Below, in pieces: positions 35,601-49,282 of a DNA stretch of 64,000 nt. The translations under genes and the position numbers were made by a program. Position 1 is the stretch's first letter; the number at the start of each line of letters is the position of its first letter. This DNA is from Chrysomallon squamiferum. Its lineage: Eukaryota; Animalia; Mollusca. The notes under the pieces are model-generated. The model ran no database searches. It saw nothing but the letters and a program-made list of their open reading frames with translations, and had not been told where the DNA came from. The stretch lies in assembly GCA_012295275.1 (NCBI GenBank), contig CM022673.1:12152001-12216000 (forward strand), written 5' to 3'.

Positions 35601-38600
35601 AGCATCTCTCACCATTTTGATAGATGTACCCTTTCATTTCATCAATTGACATTAAACTAACGATGATAACCCTGACATGTTACTGCTGGCTACATTCAGA
35701 AATGCTGTATCACTGAAGTAATGTGTACAAATAAATTCAACATCCAATCAGGTTGTCTGTATTTCATATTTTGTATCCAATTATTTGGCATGTGTAAATA
35801 ATGTTCTGTTTATAATACAGGAACATTTTCAAATTTTTTTTTTTACCTGTTATATATATTTATCAGGAAACAAACAAGTTCTGAACAGCTGAAAAGACTG
35901 ATGATGACATCAACAACCTCGCAGAAAACCGAAATTTTGTTATGATAGGTTTTTTATTTTCATTTAACCCTGGAAATGAAAGATACCCAACATCACAAGG
36001 GATTTTGAAACTATAGATATGGTGCGTTTCATGTCATAATATAAACTGTTTTGCCTGTTAAAATAAAAAATGGATGCTGAGGTACACACCAGCATAAACA
36101 AATTGTGAATTGATTATATATGTTCATAAACTGACAATGAATACATCTATCTATTTATATATAATTTAAATGGTTTATTTGCTCAGTACACAATATAAAA
36201 AAAAGCAAAACTTTCAACTATTATAGATAAGCAAGTATAGATTGGTTTAATAAACTCGAACAATCTTCCTGAATTTCATGTACATATTTCTACATTTCAG
36301 TTTGCTTTCATGTACATATTTAGAAAGTCATGAACATTAAGGATTACGAAAATTAATGTCCCAGCAGCTCTGGGTAAGAAAGACATTAATTCTCAACACC
36401 TTGGTTTTCTGCTTTAACTTTGTTCAGTTAAATAATAATGATGTGTAGGTTGCATTTGTTGTGGAAGGATTGTACTTTTAAAAATTCTGTTATGAACATT
36501 GGATATGACTGTGAACTAGTATTTCCACTGTGTGGCACAAACAATAGTGTTGAATGTTGACACTAGACTGAAGAATCATTAGACTGAAGAATATTTTTTT
36601 AGAGGATCTGACAGATATGAGATAGACAAAGGCAACCATTTCAACTCTGGGGAAAATGACTTCCAAACTGCGATGAAAGTGAAAGTGGAAAACATATTAC
36701 GGCACTGAGGTTGTATACTGAACAAGCCAAAGTTCATCGAACTTTCATATAACCTGTACATACAAGAGAGTCCATGAAAACAAATTTAAAATATTTTAAA
36801 TGAAAATTTGTTTTCAGTTCATGCTTAGAAAAGAAAACAATATAATTTATATATTTAATGTTATAGTTCAGTGGTAAAAATGATTCCTAACTTTTAATTT
36901 TCATATTTACATAACCTATATATGTTATGCTATCCTAGGCTGTCCTTCCCAATGTTTCAGTTATAGAACCTAAAAATAAATATTTTCATTAAGTATTTTC
37001 AAGGCAGCTAATGTAGATAAAACAACAAGTGCATTGAATGTGGAGAGACTACTGAAGGTTAATAATGGAAATGATTGTGCATAGTTTGACTGAAGAATAT
37101 CGTTTGAACGACAACAGAAAAGTGACTGAAGATACCAAAGAAGATTGTACAAACTATCAGATGAATAAGGACAATTACATGAAGATGGTTGATTTCATGG
37201 AAAACGACTTTCAAACTGCGATTAAAGTGATCGAAAGATCAGTAGAAATAACGACAAATTCTCCAGATGAGGAAATTCAAAGGAAATTGTCGCATACATG
37301 CATTTGTTTTTTGTGAATGCAATAATTTAACCCACATAAGTGACAAAATGTATTGTATTTCTTTTCTTTAAAAACAAAAACAAAAAGCACAGAAGGGGTG
37401 AGGAAGGAAAACAACCAGACTATCATTTTTATTATAAAAATACCCCTTTTCATTTGTTAGCAAAACTGCAATTATAATTGTGTACATGTCATAGTATAAT
37501 TCTTACTTCAGGTACAAAATTCTATACCAGAGAATAAAAAAAGCAAATGTCTGCTTGAAGGAGCAATGTAATTGCTACTGTTAGCCAGAATACCACTGAT
37601 GAATCTTCAGAGACATAAACAAATCTTCTTTGACAACTTCTTTGAGATTTACATGTCAGGCAATAAATATATTTTCAGAAATATTGTTTTGTTGTTTTTA
37701 TCATTGTGACTGAAAGAAGAAGAATTCAACAATGAAAATGCAGTCTTGTAGTTTTCCCATTTTGCCTCATTTTGGTAATGTACATCATACAGGTTACACC
37801 CCCCCTTTTTTTTTTCTTTCTATTGTAATTTTTCCAACAAGTTACAGCTGATATTGAATAATCAGTTTGTTGTTAACCATATACTCTTAATAATATGTGT
37901 CGGAATTATTTCAACTTTTGAATATTACACATAACACAAAATAATTTTTCACTGGTAACCTGTAAATGGCAAAACAAGCTCAATATAATTAATGTCCAGT
38001 GTCTCTTCCCTTTGTTAGCTTATGAGATAATTTCTTTTGGTATTTAAGTAGTTGTAATGGAGGTAACTTTTAATATATAAGAAAATCTATATGACTGGAC
38101 AGCCAATTTTTTTCATCATTTTGTGAATGAAGTCATTTATTTTAATGGTTTCAAAATAAATTTCTGATGACATTGTTAAAAACAAAGCATAAAGAGTTAA
38201 ATATAATTATGCATTCTTTTATACAAATCATTCTCCTCAACTAAACTGCAACGCAAAAGGAAATTTACTAGAAGTCTGAACCAGTGACCATAAAAAATTA
38301 AAAAATATACTGAATGTAAATTACAGTTCTAAACCAATTGACTTATTATAGACAGGATCAGCAGCAAACAAAACCAGTCTGTGAATTCCCAGAAAGTGAG
38401 GTTTGTTTGGTGTTTTCCCAAGGTAATTACTAATTGTGTCACTTGATGAAGATACTGAGACTGGAAAAAGAGCAAGCACAGACCATGAGCCTGAGTGATT
38501 TTTTTCCTTTCAAAATATGCCCACAGACAGACTGAGTGTCATCCACATACTGACAGTTACAGCAATTACAAAATAAATTTTATGGAAAACAGTCGACTGC

Positions 38601-40582
38601 CTTCAGAACATAATGCAGACAGGCCCATCTGCCTCAAGTTCAGGTATTATTATTTCCCAGTTGTGTGTAGACAGAATGGTGGGATAGTTGGCAATCAGAG
38701 ATCTGGTATATTCTTCATAAAGTTTTGAGCAATTCATACAATGCTGACTTTATAAATTAATGCACAGCAAATTGAGGTGATCATATATTTATTTAGTATC
38801 CCAGTTAAAATAACTTAATTTAATAAACATATGTATGTTTCTATTTATATAAATATACGTAATAATGATTTTAATGATTTCAAAATAGATTTGTATCAAT
38901 ACTGTTTAAAACAAGTTGAAAAGAGTTAAATATAATTATGCATTCATTTATACAAATCATTCCTCTCAAAAGGATAGCCAAACAGCAGAAAATCAGAAGC
39001 AGATGTATGTTGACATCCAACATAGCTATAATTTGAACTTGGAGATTAAAAAAAACCCACATTACAATAACAGAAGAATACTTTACACAAAGACCTGTTT
39101 CAGAAGACAACTGTCACATCTAAATCATTTTTGTGGTACAAAATATCTGTTTATTTAGTATCCCAGTTAAGATAAACTTAATTTAATAAACTTGTATGTG
39201 TATGTATAATATATAAATGTATATATACAGTCAATGCCTTTCACCTGTTAGGTTTTACAAAATACAGACTTGCAATAATTCTGTGTTAAGAAATGGTCTG
39301 ATTATTTCAGTCTCATCTATTAACATGTTCAAAGCTCTAATGAAAATCTAGCAAATGGCTATTTAATAATACCCAGTTATAAACAGTAGGATGTCAATAT
39401 ATGGTTATAATAATGATAAGGAAAAACTATTAATAAAGAGAAGAATATTGCTTACCCTAAGAACTAAGTATAATAAAATTTCAAAAATTACTCCGACAGT
39501 ATCTCAACATTTCTCATATTCTTCACAATATATTCTAATATTGAATAACAAATAGTTTTTAGTTTTCTGTAACATACACTTTTCCATAGCAAATTTCTGT
39601 CTGGCACTGACAATGCAGATCTTTAAATTGACAGCTTTACAGTTGTCTTTGATGACTTCTTTTATATTATTTCTTTGTCACAATTTCAATATACTAAATA
39701 TTCTACAAGACAAGTTGTATTTACCGGTGATTAAAAATTAATAATACATAATAATACTTGTTTTCATCTACTCTGTAATGAGACAAATGTAAATACTGAA
39801 GAAACTTTAAAAAGAACACTATCAACTGACAGCTGATAGAGGTGTTCATGTATGTTTATATACATGTGTGTGTGTCTGAGTGTATTTTTTGAATGAAAAA
39901 TTAATTATAGCACATAAGGTATCAAAAACAAAAAACTGATTTTGTGAAAATATGGTTCTCTCAGAGTACAATTCACACAAATATAAAAAATTAAAAACAC
40001 AAAGACTGATTTTTCTGAAAAACTTCTTAGAAAAAATATTTGATGGTTCTAGTTTATAATAAGTATTCCTTAAAAATCAAACATTGATTTTAAGGATAAA
40101 TATTAGATACAAAATTTTATTTTCTTATTGAGATTTATTCTCAAATGGTTTGTGTATGTCTACTAAAACAATTCATTGGTACAAAAAGCTGAAATTAAAG
40201 ATTTTAATTAACTGATGAATCGGTGATGCTTGAATATGTTTTATACATACTTTTTTACATTTCAATTAGCTGGTGTCAGTGGATTTCAAAGACTGAAATA
40301 TATCTGAAACAATATTTAAAAATAATACCAAAAAATATCCACACAACCACAAGACTTTTGAAAAAATGATCAATACACTAACCTGGCTATTTTAGTCAAT
40401 TTACCTATAATTAATTAGTGATGTGCATTTCAATGATTAAAATGTCTGTCAAACAATCTCTTTTATTTTTTTTTATTTCTTTCTTTTAATAATAAGGTTT
40501 AAAAAAAAGAGAAGAAATTACAGTAATCTTCTATTTTTGGTAATTTCTTTTGTTACTGTCCATTATGTTCTTAAATTCTTAC

Positions 40583-41650
40583 CACAAAAACTGGCTGTTT
40601 GTTTCTTTTTAACCTGAACATTTTAAGCTTTGTTCCTGTAATGAGATCACTTCATGACCAGCTTTCTTTGAATTCTTCATCTTGTCTAACTTACTTGCAG
40701 CATTTACCTCTGTTTTCCACAGTATACCCCTGTGCAGTATTTGTTGATTCTTTATATCATGAGAGTATCAGCTGAAGAAACACTGCATCATCACCTCCAG
40801 TGTTTGGCAAGTTCCCAGTAGCAGTAACAGTCTGAAATGCCAATGTTTTCTTTTTGCAAATATCTCCAACCATTTTTCTACAATACATGTATATATATAT
40901 ATAAATAAAAAGTTATATTAATGTTTTATTTGATTTAAATAAACACATTTAAAACATATTTATTTTTAAATATTTTTCAAAATATAAATTTATAACAACC
41001 TATTTCCTTCTTTAGAAGGTCATTTCTCAATTTCCTTACAAACAAAGGATTTACGAATGATACAAGTAGAATTTGCACTTGCCTGTTGTGTATGGTTTCC
41101 ACATGCAAACTTTTAACTAATGATCTGGTTCTGACTGTAACATCCAATTCAAAAAGCAGAAATTCAATTTCCTGAAAAAACAAACTAAATTAACGTAATA
41201 ATAATTATATCTATGATATTATCAGTATACTAATACTGAGTATCATCAGTAGCATGAGTATGCCTCAAAAAAAAAAAAAAAACGCGAAAAAAAGAAAGTT
41301 TGTCGGTTTTATAATATATGTAAATATAATCTTTTCATTACAAACAAATATGGTTACTTTTACAATTTTAAAAATAGTATTAAACTAGTTGTATTTGCTA
41401 CTAAGTTAAACCGATCTTTAGCATTAACCTTTCGCTCAATTTCAATGAATGAAAATAATTGCAAATTCCTAATTTAAACTAAAACTGCATGCTAGTTTTA
41501 TGTTTCAAACGAAAACAAATAAAACAATGTTACCAATGAGGTTAAAGTATTACGCACGTATGAATCGGTTCGTGTTTCTTCTCACGTTTCAATTTCCCAA
41601 ACCTACTCCTGCTTCCAGCGCGAATATCTGTTTTTGTCGCTTTATGTATA
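40583..41650 (-). pseudogene. Spliced-looking minus-strand unit (lncRNA or decayed macro-domain-like gene) divergent from PTDSS2
   Basis: Donor at ~41533; exon-like blocks 41171-41000 and 40877-40614/40583 bounded by AG/GT. The joined frame stops early. An alternative frame gives TVTATGNLP. Confidence 0.3.
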
Positions 41651-42520
41651 CGTCACACTGGATAGGATAGGCTCATTCACGGACGGGACTGTTCTATTTT
41701 TATTATTTTACATTAGTCTTTACTGGTTATTAATATATTTCATTTAACTTATTTATTGATCTAAATAAGAGAAATGAATTCAGCATATAATGTTTTTTTT
41801 TTTTTTTTTTACTTTGAATATTATATATTATGTCTGAGAAAAGAAAACATAATTCACGTATGAAATAAAACAAAATTATACTGAAAAGGATCGCTTCATG
41901 AAAGGATTATTATATCTGCGAAAAGATATTTTGTAAAAATCTATCCTAACATAAGTAACAAGTATTTTTTGTTGTCTTATTGTTCAGAAAACGTTATAAC
42001 TTAATTTTCATTTCGAATGAAATATTTCCTAACATTAGAAGGTCTGGACCTCCTTGCTTAGGAGGAAATAAAAATGAAAACTTTTTGTTTTCGAACCCGT
42101 GCTGCTTTTCTTCTTTTTACTTCTTTTTTTCACCCTTACTGTAAATATTTTTTAACGGGAAGATAACTCCTATGGAGAAGATACGTTTTTAAGCAGATAA
42201 TATGAATCACAATTTTATAGTATTTTTTTGGTTTCTGATTTAAATTTCGCCACTTGTAGTGCTTCATGACATCCCATCAGTGGTAAGTAACGCAGCAATT
42301 ACGATACTTTCGATAAAACTGTTTGCATTGTGGTTTTTACGACACCGGATTTCAAAGCATTAGCATGCTTCGGTTCTAGTTTCCTAGCCACCAGCCACGT
42401 AAATGTTACATATAACACATATGTATACAAGTTATTATAAAATCATGTACACGGTAATAATGATGCAATTATCGTGTGTTGATCTACAAGTTAATCACAG
42501 AAAAGTAGGTCGGCTGCCCT
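41540..42520. promoter_or_regulatory. CpG-enriched promoter region with a probable non-coding first exon of PTDSS2
   Basis: Local CpG clusters at 41550-41690 and 42245-42520. Strong plus-strand donor G|GTAAGT at ~42283, and an acceptor at 45170 upstream of the PTDSS2 ATG. Confidence 0.45.
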
Positions 42521-45269
42521 TAATCAAGTTTAATATTTTGTTTTTAAATTAACACACATCTAATCTATGAATGAATCTAAGAAACATGCAAAATCACGCA
42601 CCAAAGCATTTTTTATATATACCGTTTCAGTAGTAATTGATTAATATATTATATCGTTGTGATCTTGAAGATTTGATATAAAAAATTACTTTGATTTATC
42701 CCCCCCCACACACACAAAAACACACGTTTAATATAGTAACTGAATAAACATTTTATTTAAATCTTAAATTAATTTAAATAAAATAAAATAGATTTAAAAA
42801 ATTGCATTCAGTGGTTAGAATTTGCATCATCATATGTTTTACAGAAGAGGAAATTTGAGTAATATTTTTAAATATATTATAATCAGTCCTTTCCATTCCG
42901 ACAAGCATGTCAAAATTCTTACTGTTATTTCAGTCTGTGGCAACTGTATATAAAAGGTAGCTTTCAATTTATTTGTTATCTGTTCAGTTACTTTAAATAG
43001 CACAGATACTATTTTTATAATTCTTTTCTAATCATTACATATTTGTGAATGATGACCAAACTATCAGTTTACATAAATAAAATACCAAAACTAATTTTTT
43101 AGGTAAACTGAATAAATTGAACCCTTTTTATATATTATATATGTATATATATATACAAATAAACTCACGCATACACACATAGACACAAACATAAATACAA
43201 CACAAAGACACAGCTACACGTAATTAAGCAGTTAAATATAATAATATGCTTTAGTGGTGCATATAAGTATTGAAAATTCCAAAATGCCCTGTATGCATAA
43301 CTTTTTTTATTAAACTATGCCACCACATTCACTTATTAGCAGTATAAAAGTATAATTTTCAAAATTAAATATGTAATACAGTATCAATTTAACTAATCAG
43401 ACAGTATTATAAAAATGAAAACAGATGTATTAACATGCAGTATTTGTTTGCATGTGTTTCATGTTTCTGTGTCGCGTGTATTCTGATATCAAGTTTCTGT
43501 GTACAGTGTATTCTGATGTGACAGGAAAGCTTGCCCTAATGTGCACCTGTTATCAATACACATCTTATTATTTATGCAAAATGAACAGGAAAATGATATG
43601 TACAGAAACTTAATCAACTGAATGAATATACATGAATATACTTGGTATATTTATATATATATATACACTCATTTACACTCACTAAGGACATGATACTAGA
43701 CCTCCAGTGCTGAGGTATGTCAGTTAATAAGTAAATATAATTTCAGAAATTCTTATTATTCTAGGTAATCAGCAGTGGCATGGTGCTTCTTATAACAGTC
43801 AGTTTTCTAATTCTGTAAGAAAATAATAATAAAAATAAAAATAATAATAATAATAATAATAATAATATTTTTTAATTTTATTATTATTATTTTCTTTTTT
43901 AAAGTGTGATAACATTGCTAAAATTGCTATTTTTCAGTTTATCATTTAGCATAAGAATAATGCTACTTCAAGAGGCAGATTTATTTACATTTCTTGAGTT
44001 TTAGAAATAAGAGCTTTTAAAAGATTAAGCTTAGATTAATTGCCATCCTATGATCAGATATTGTACTTTTAATTATCTGTAAGGTTTGCATAGACTTGTA
44101 GTTATTTTATTTTAATTTATTTCCTTTTTTTTTTTCTTTTTTTTTAAAATTAAACATTGGGTTGTGTTACAAACATCACATGTACATGAATGAATAAATA
44201 AATGTTTCTTAAGAACAGCACACAACACTGTTATTTTGTCTCTTCTGTAGTTTTTCTTAAAGTTTATGATACTGGTATCTTGAAGAGATATTTCACTGAC
44301 TCTAAACCCTGCATACACTTAGCAGGAGTAACATTTGCTGCTAAACAGTCTTATCCTTTAGCAGCAATAATTCTTTTATATGCTTTCCCAACAGCAAGAA
44401 ATAAAATATATATTTTAGTCTTTTATAAACTAAGGTGGTTGGAACAGTAAGTACAGTAAGGATTGATCTTGCAGTCTTCTCATATAAAATGTAGATATTT
44501 TAACATAACTGTCACTATTTTATCGGTCTTTTCCTTCTTCTTTTTGGTGAATATGAATAAATTCAATTATATATATATGTAGATAGATAAGTAGATAGAT
44601 AGATAGATAGATATACATACATACTGATATACTGATATTAAAAAAATAATAATTACTGATATTATGCCAGATGGAAAAAAACCTCCACCAGAAATAGAAA
44701 GAGAGAAAAAGTTTTTGTTCAGGCTGTTTTAAAAGAATAATTGAGGCTGACATTTAAAACAAAAAAAATCTCATTCACCAAGATAACCAGTTTTAGAATA
44801 AAATTAATAATTATTAATGATCTCAAATACGTTTTACATATATATTTTTAATTAAAAGTTTTAACAACTACACCATATGTGTGTGTATAATATATACATA
44901 CACACACAAACACAAGATTAAATGTAATAAGTGTATGACACATTGACTATATATATATAGTAATTGATATTGTGCCTATGTATTATGTAAACTATTTTCA
45001 GTATAAATACATTCTATTATTCAATGGTTTCAGAAAAGGTACTGATTTTTTTATTCTTTACAATATACCAGAGGTGAAAAAGAGTCAGTTTCATGTTCCT
45101 TGAGTAAAATGGCCGTGAATTATTTATGATCTTACACAGGTTTACATTTATTTCATTCTTTTTGTTACAGCACAAATATCTGATCTTGTCCTGAAAGACT
45201 AAAATTGTGACTTGGTCTGGATTCCTGTGTGTTCTGCAAGATAAGAAAGAAAATCAGGATACTACCAAT

Positions 45270-45698
45270 ATGGCTACTGCGAGGCAGACGGCTGACGACA
45301 CAGTGTATCGCATTCACAACTCCACAGCTCACAACTGGGAAGAAGAAAAACGAAAACACAAAGATTCACCAATTTATGATGACGGAACTCTTTCTTATTT
45401 CTGGTGAGTGCTGTCTCTGTCTCGTTATTATATTTTATTATTCCTGTTACTAAATTACTATTGTTATGATTATTATCATCATCATTAATATAATAATAAT
45501 AATAATTATAATTATTATTATTATTTTTATTAATGCTATTGTTGTTTTGTTATTGACTTTGTTATTATTAATCATTAATTTACTATTATTTTTAAACTTA
45601 GTTAGTATGTAAATTTGATTAAATAAATAATACTTCTGATAATTGTGGACAAAAAGGATATGAATTAAGAGTTATCTAAATTCAAAATCAAGAAATTT

Positions 45699-45785
<87 letters not shown>

Positions 45786-47862
45786 CCTTCCCCATCCACT
45801 GTTTTGCAAATTGTTTTGTCTTATGAATAATTCAGACTTGCAGGGAATATTGGTTCAACCAGTGTTTCATTACTTAATCATGAGCTTGCACGATTGTAGA
45901 TAAAACAGAATTATTCGATAGGTATGTCATCAAACTTGACATTAGTAAAATTTTCTGCTGACACAAACCAGTCAGGCCACCTTTTTAAGCACTTTTTGGT
46001 GATGTAGGAAATTTCCCCATGACATTACTTCACATGACCTTTCACCTCTGCTATGAATAATTGATAACATTGTATACGTGGGCATTTCAAATTGAAGCTG
46101 TCGAAGTTTAACATATTCAGATAAATGCAACATGGGGTTTATCTAAAATCTATAGCTTTTGATAAAATTTTATGGAGGTTTTTTTTTTTTTTTTTTAAAT
46201 TAGTTGAAACTTTGGTTTTTCGTGGATGGAATTTTTATTTTTTTTTTTTTTTTAATTATAAATGGTAGCATATTACTTGAAATAAAATTCTTAGTAATAT
46301 CATTAGTATTAGCAGAAGCAGCAGCAGTAGTAATCATATACTTCTCTGAAATGTTTTGGGTTACAGGATTAGTAATTCATGATATATTCCTTTGGCAATT
46401 TCCCATTATGACTAAAGCACAAAGCTAATTATTAAATATTTGATATACACTTTCTTATTAACAAAGAAATAAATGCCTCCCCTCCAAAAAGTAAGTTGCT
46501 GCAAATTACACCAATTTTCTGTTTCTATTATATACATATATTCAAGTTTATATATACATTCAAACTTTCATGGTACATACATACATACATATATATAAAA
46601 ACATGTTGACAAGTTAAAAAAGAATTATTTAAAATATTTTTATGTGCTACTAAAAACAAAAAAACAAAACAAAACATTCATTAATTATTCAACAGACAGC
46701 ATAGCTTATCAGTTTAATGTAAAGTTACAATGTGTTTGGACACATCTGTTAATAATGGCATCATTTAATTACTCAGCAAAACCTTGTTTACCTGCATTGA
46801 CATGGTTGTCAAATCATTTACATAAAATAAAGCAATCTGATGGGATGTTTAATAAAGAATTATCATTTGGCGTGGAAAATGTAGCAACTCATGTAAATAT
46901 GAATGTATAATTTATAAAATATATTTTCTTATTGTTTAGTAAATATTTGAGTGACTTTTAATCCAAATGAGTCGAGAACAATTTGAAATGTTTTCAGAAC
47001 TGACTTGTGAGTTTCAAACTACTTGCTTGTTTGTTTATACAGACTGTTATTATGGGGCAGAAATAGTAAAGACATGTATCTCAATGTTGCTATTTTAAGT
47101 ACTGTTTTGAATTTATATCTCACTGAGACCATGACATAATAGTATGCTTCCATACACAATGATGGCATAAGTATTTGATGATATACTTTCTCAAGAAAAG
47201 GATTTTAGAATTCAGGTTGTAAACTAACAAAATGTATTTTCTGTTGATGTTTGCAATTTTTTTGATTATGCACAACACACATTCATGTTAAATGTGTCAG
47301 TTGTATGATTTATTATCATTCTGGTTTATATCAGATATATTTATAATTTAGTATATTTTATTATTTATATGTATGAAATTTTATGCATTTATATACATGT
47401 GCACTTGCATACACGGAATGATACATATATGCACATGCATTAGATTTATATATACATTTGTACATAAATACATACTTACACATATGCATACATGTATATA
47501 TATCCATATATAGATACACATATGCATACATATATATATCCATATATAGATACACATATGCATACATATATATATCCATATATAGATACACATATGCATA
47601 CATATATACCCCCATATATAGATACACATACACATACATACATAATTATGAACATGTACACAGACAGGTATGTATATAACATACACATGTAACTATTTAT
47701 AGAAATACATTTAAAAAAATAAAATGTCCAACTTGTTTCAGGAGAGCTCACACTATTACAGCTCTTGTGATATTCAGTGGCATCCTCGTGTACGTTGCCT
47801 TGTTTGAAGAAGCTGTTGACGATGTTGACTACAACGTGAAGAGGTATTAATGCATCCATCTA

Positions 47863-47901
<39 letters not shown>

Positions 47902-49224
47902 GCATATCTGTCTACACATTTGTAAATAAGTATATAGATGGATAGACAGACACACACTCTCACACTTTTATTTATTTATTTCCAAAATACATGACCTATG
48001 AATCTCTGGCCTGTCTCTTAGTTATCTAATGCACTTGTTTCTTTGTACAGAAATTAAAGTTTGTAAGGTATAAGTTATACTTTAACTAAAAAAGGTAATT
48101 ACTTTGTAAATCATTAAAAAAGCACATTTTGTTTTCATATAAATTTATAACAAGTGAAAAAATCATTTATAACTAAATACATTTAAAAATCCTCAAATAT
48201 AGGAAGTTCTTCAGTTATTATTATTATTATTATTATTTTTATTATTTTAAATTAATTATATTAATAACATAAGAAACTTTTGGTGTTAATTTTTATATTT
48301 TATTTTTAACAATTATTTTATATAATGTACACACAAAGGAATTAGTCTTTGAAGTGGCAGTCAAAAATTTAATTTAACAGCTTTTATTGGTACCTGTGGA
48401 AAAACAAAGGAAAAAATATAAATAACTGACCCATAATTTTCACAAATGAAAGTCATAATAATTCATTCATTGTTAACTGCATTGTTATTTTAAATATTGT
48501 TACTAATTACATTGTTATTTTAAATATTGTTACTCATTTCAGGGGTCTGTCAGCTGTCGTTTTAGCCTTTTTACTTTTTGGAGTAATTCACACTCCTGAT
48601 GGTCCATTTGTCCGACCTCATCCTGGTGAGTTTTTAGTTTTATTTATTTACCATTTTACTACATACATACTTATATCATTTTAAATTTTTTAGTTAGTTA
48701 TATACATTATTAGTTCTTTCTTTTATTTACTTAATCTTTAACAATTCTTTGTACTGCATCTACACTTAATAAAGTTTGAAATATTTTAGTTAGTTGTATG
48801 GCTAATTTCTGATGGACTATTCATTTACATCATTCTGGTATGTTTTTAGTTCTTTGTTTTAATTATTTAATCTTTTACAATCCGTTACATCACACCTACA
48901 CCAATATAATTTTAAATGTTTTAGTTATATTGTTATCTTCTGGTGGACTAATCATTTTACTTCATTCTGGTATGTTATAAGTTCTTTGTTCTAATTATTT
49001 GTTATCTTAACAGTTTTTCATAGTGTGTCCATGCTTACAAGCTGTAAAATGTTTTGGTTCACTATATGGTAAATTCCTGGTCAGCCATTTTTGTCTGACC
49101 TCTTTCTGGTATATTGTTAGTTGCTTGGTTTGTTAACTTCATCTTTGTCCATGATATCTTATAAGATTTAAAATATTTTAATAAGATGCAGTAACTTGTA
49201 CATAGGTGTATTTACACAGACACA

Positions 49225-49282
<58 letters not shown>

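Noticed and set aside
47361-47859. Five overlapping repetitive ORFs
   Set aside because: Products of the 36-bp minisatellite.
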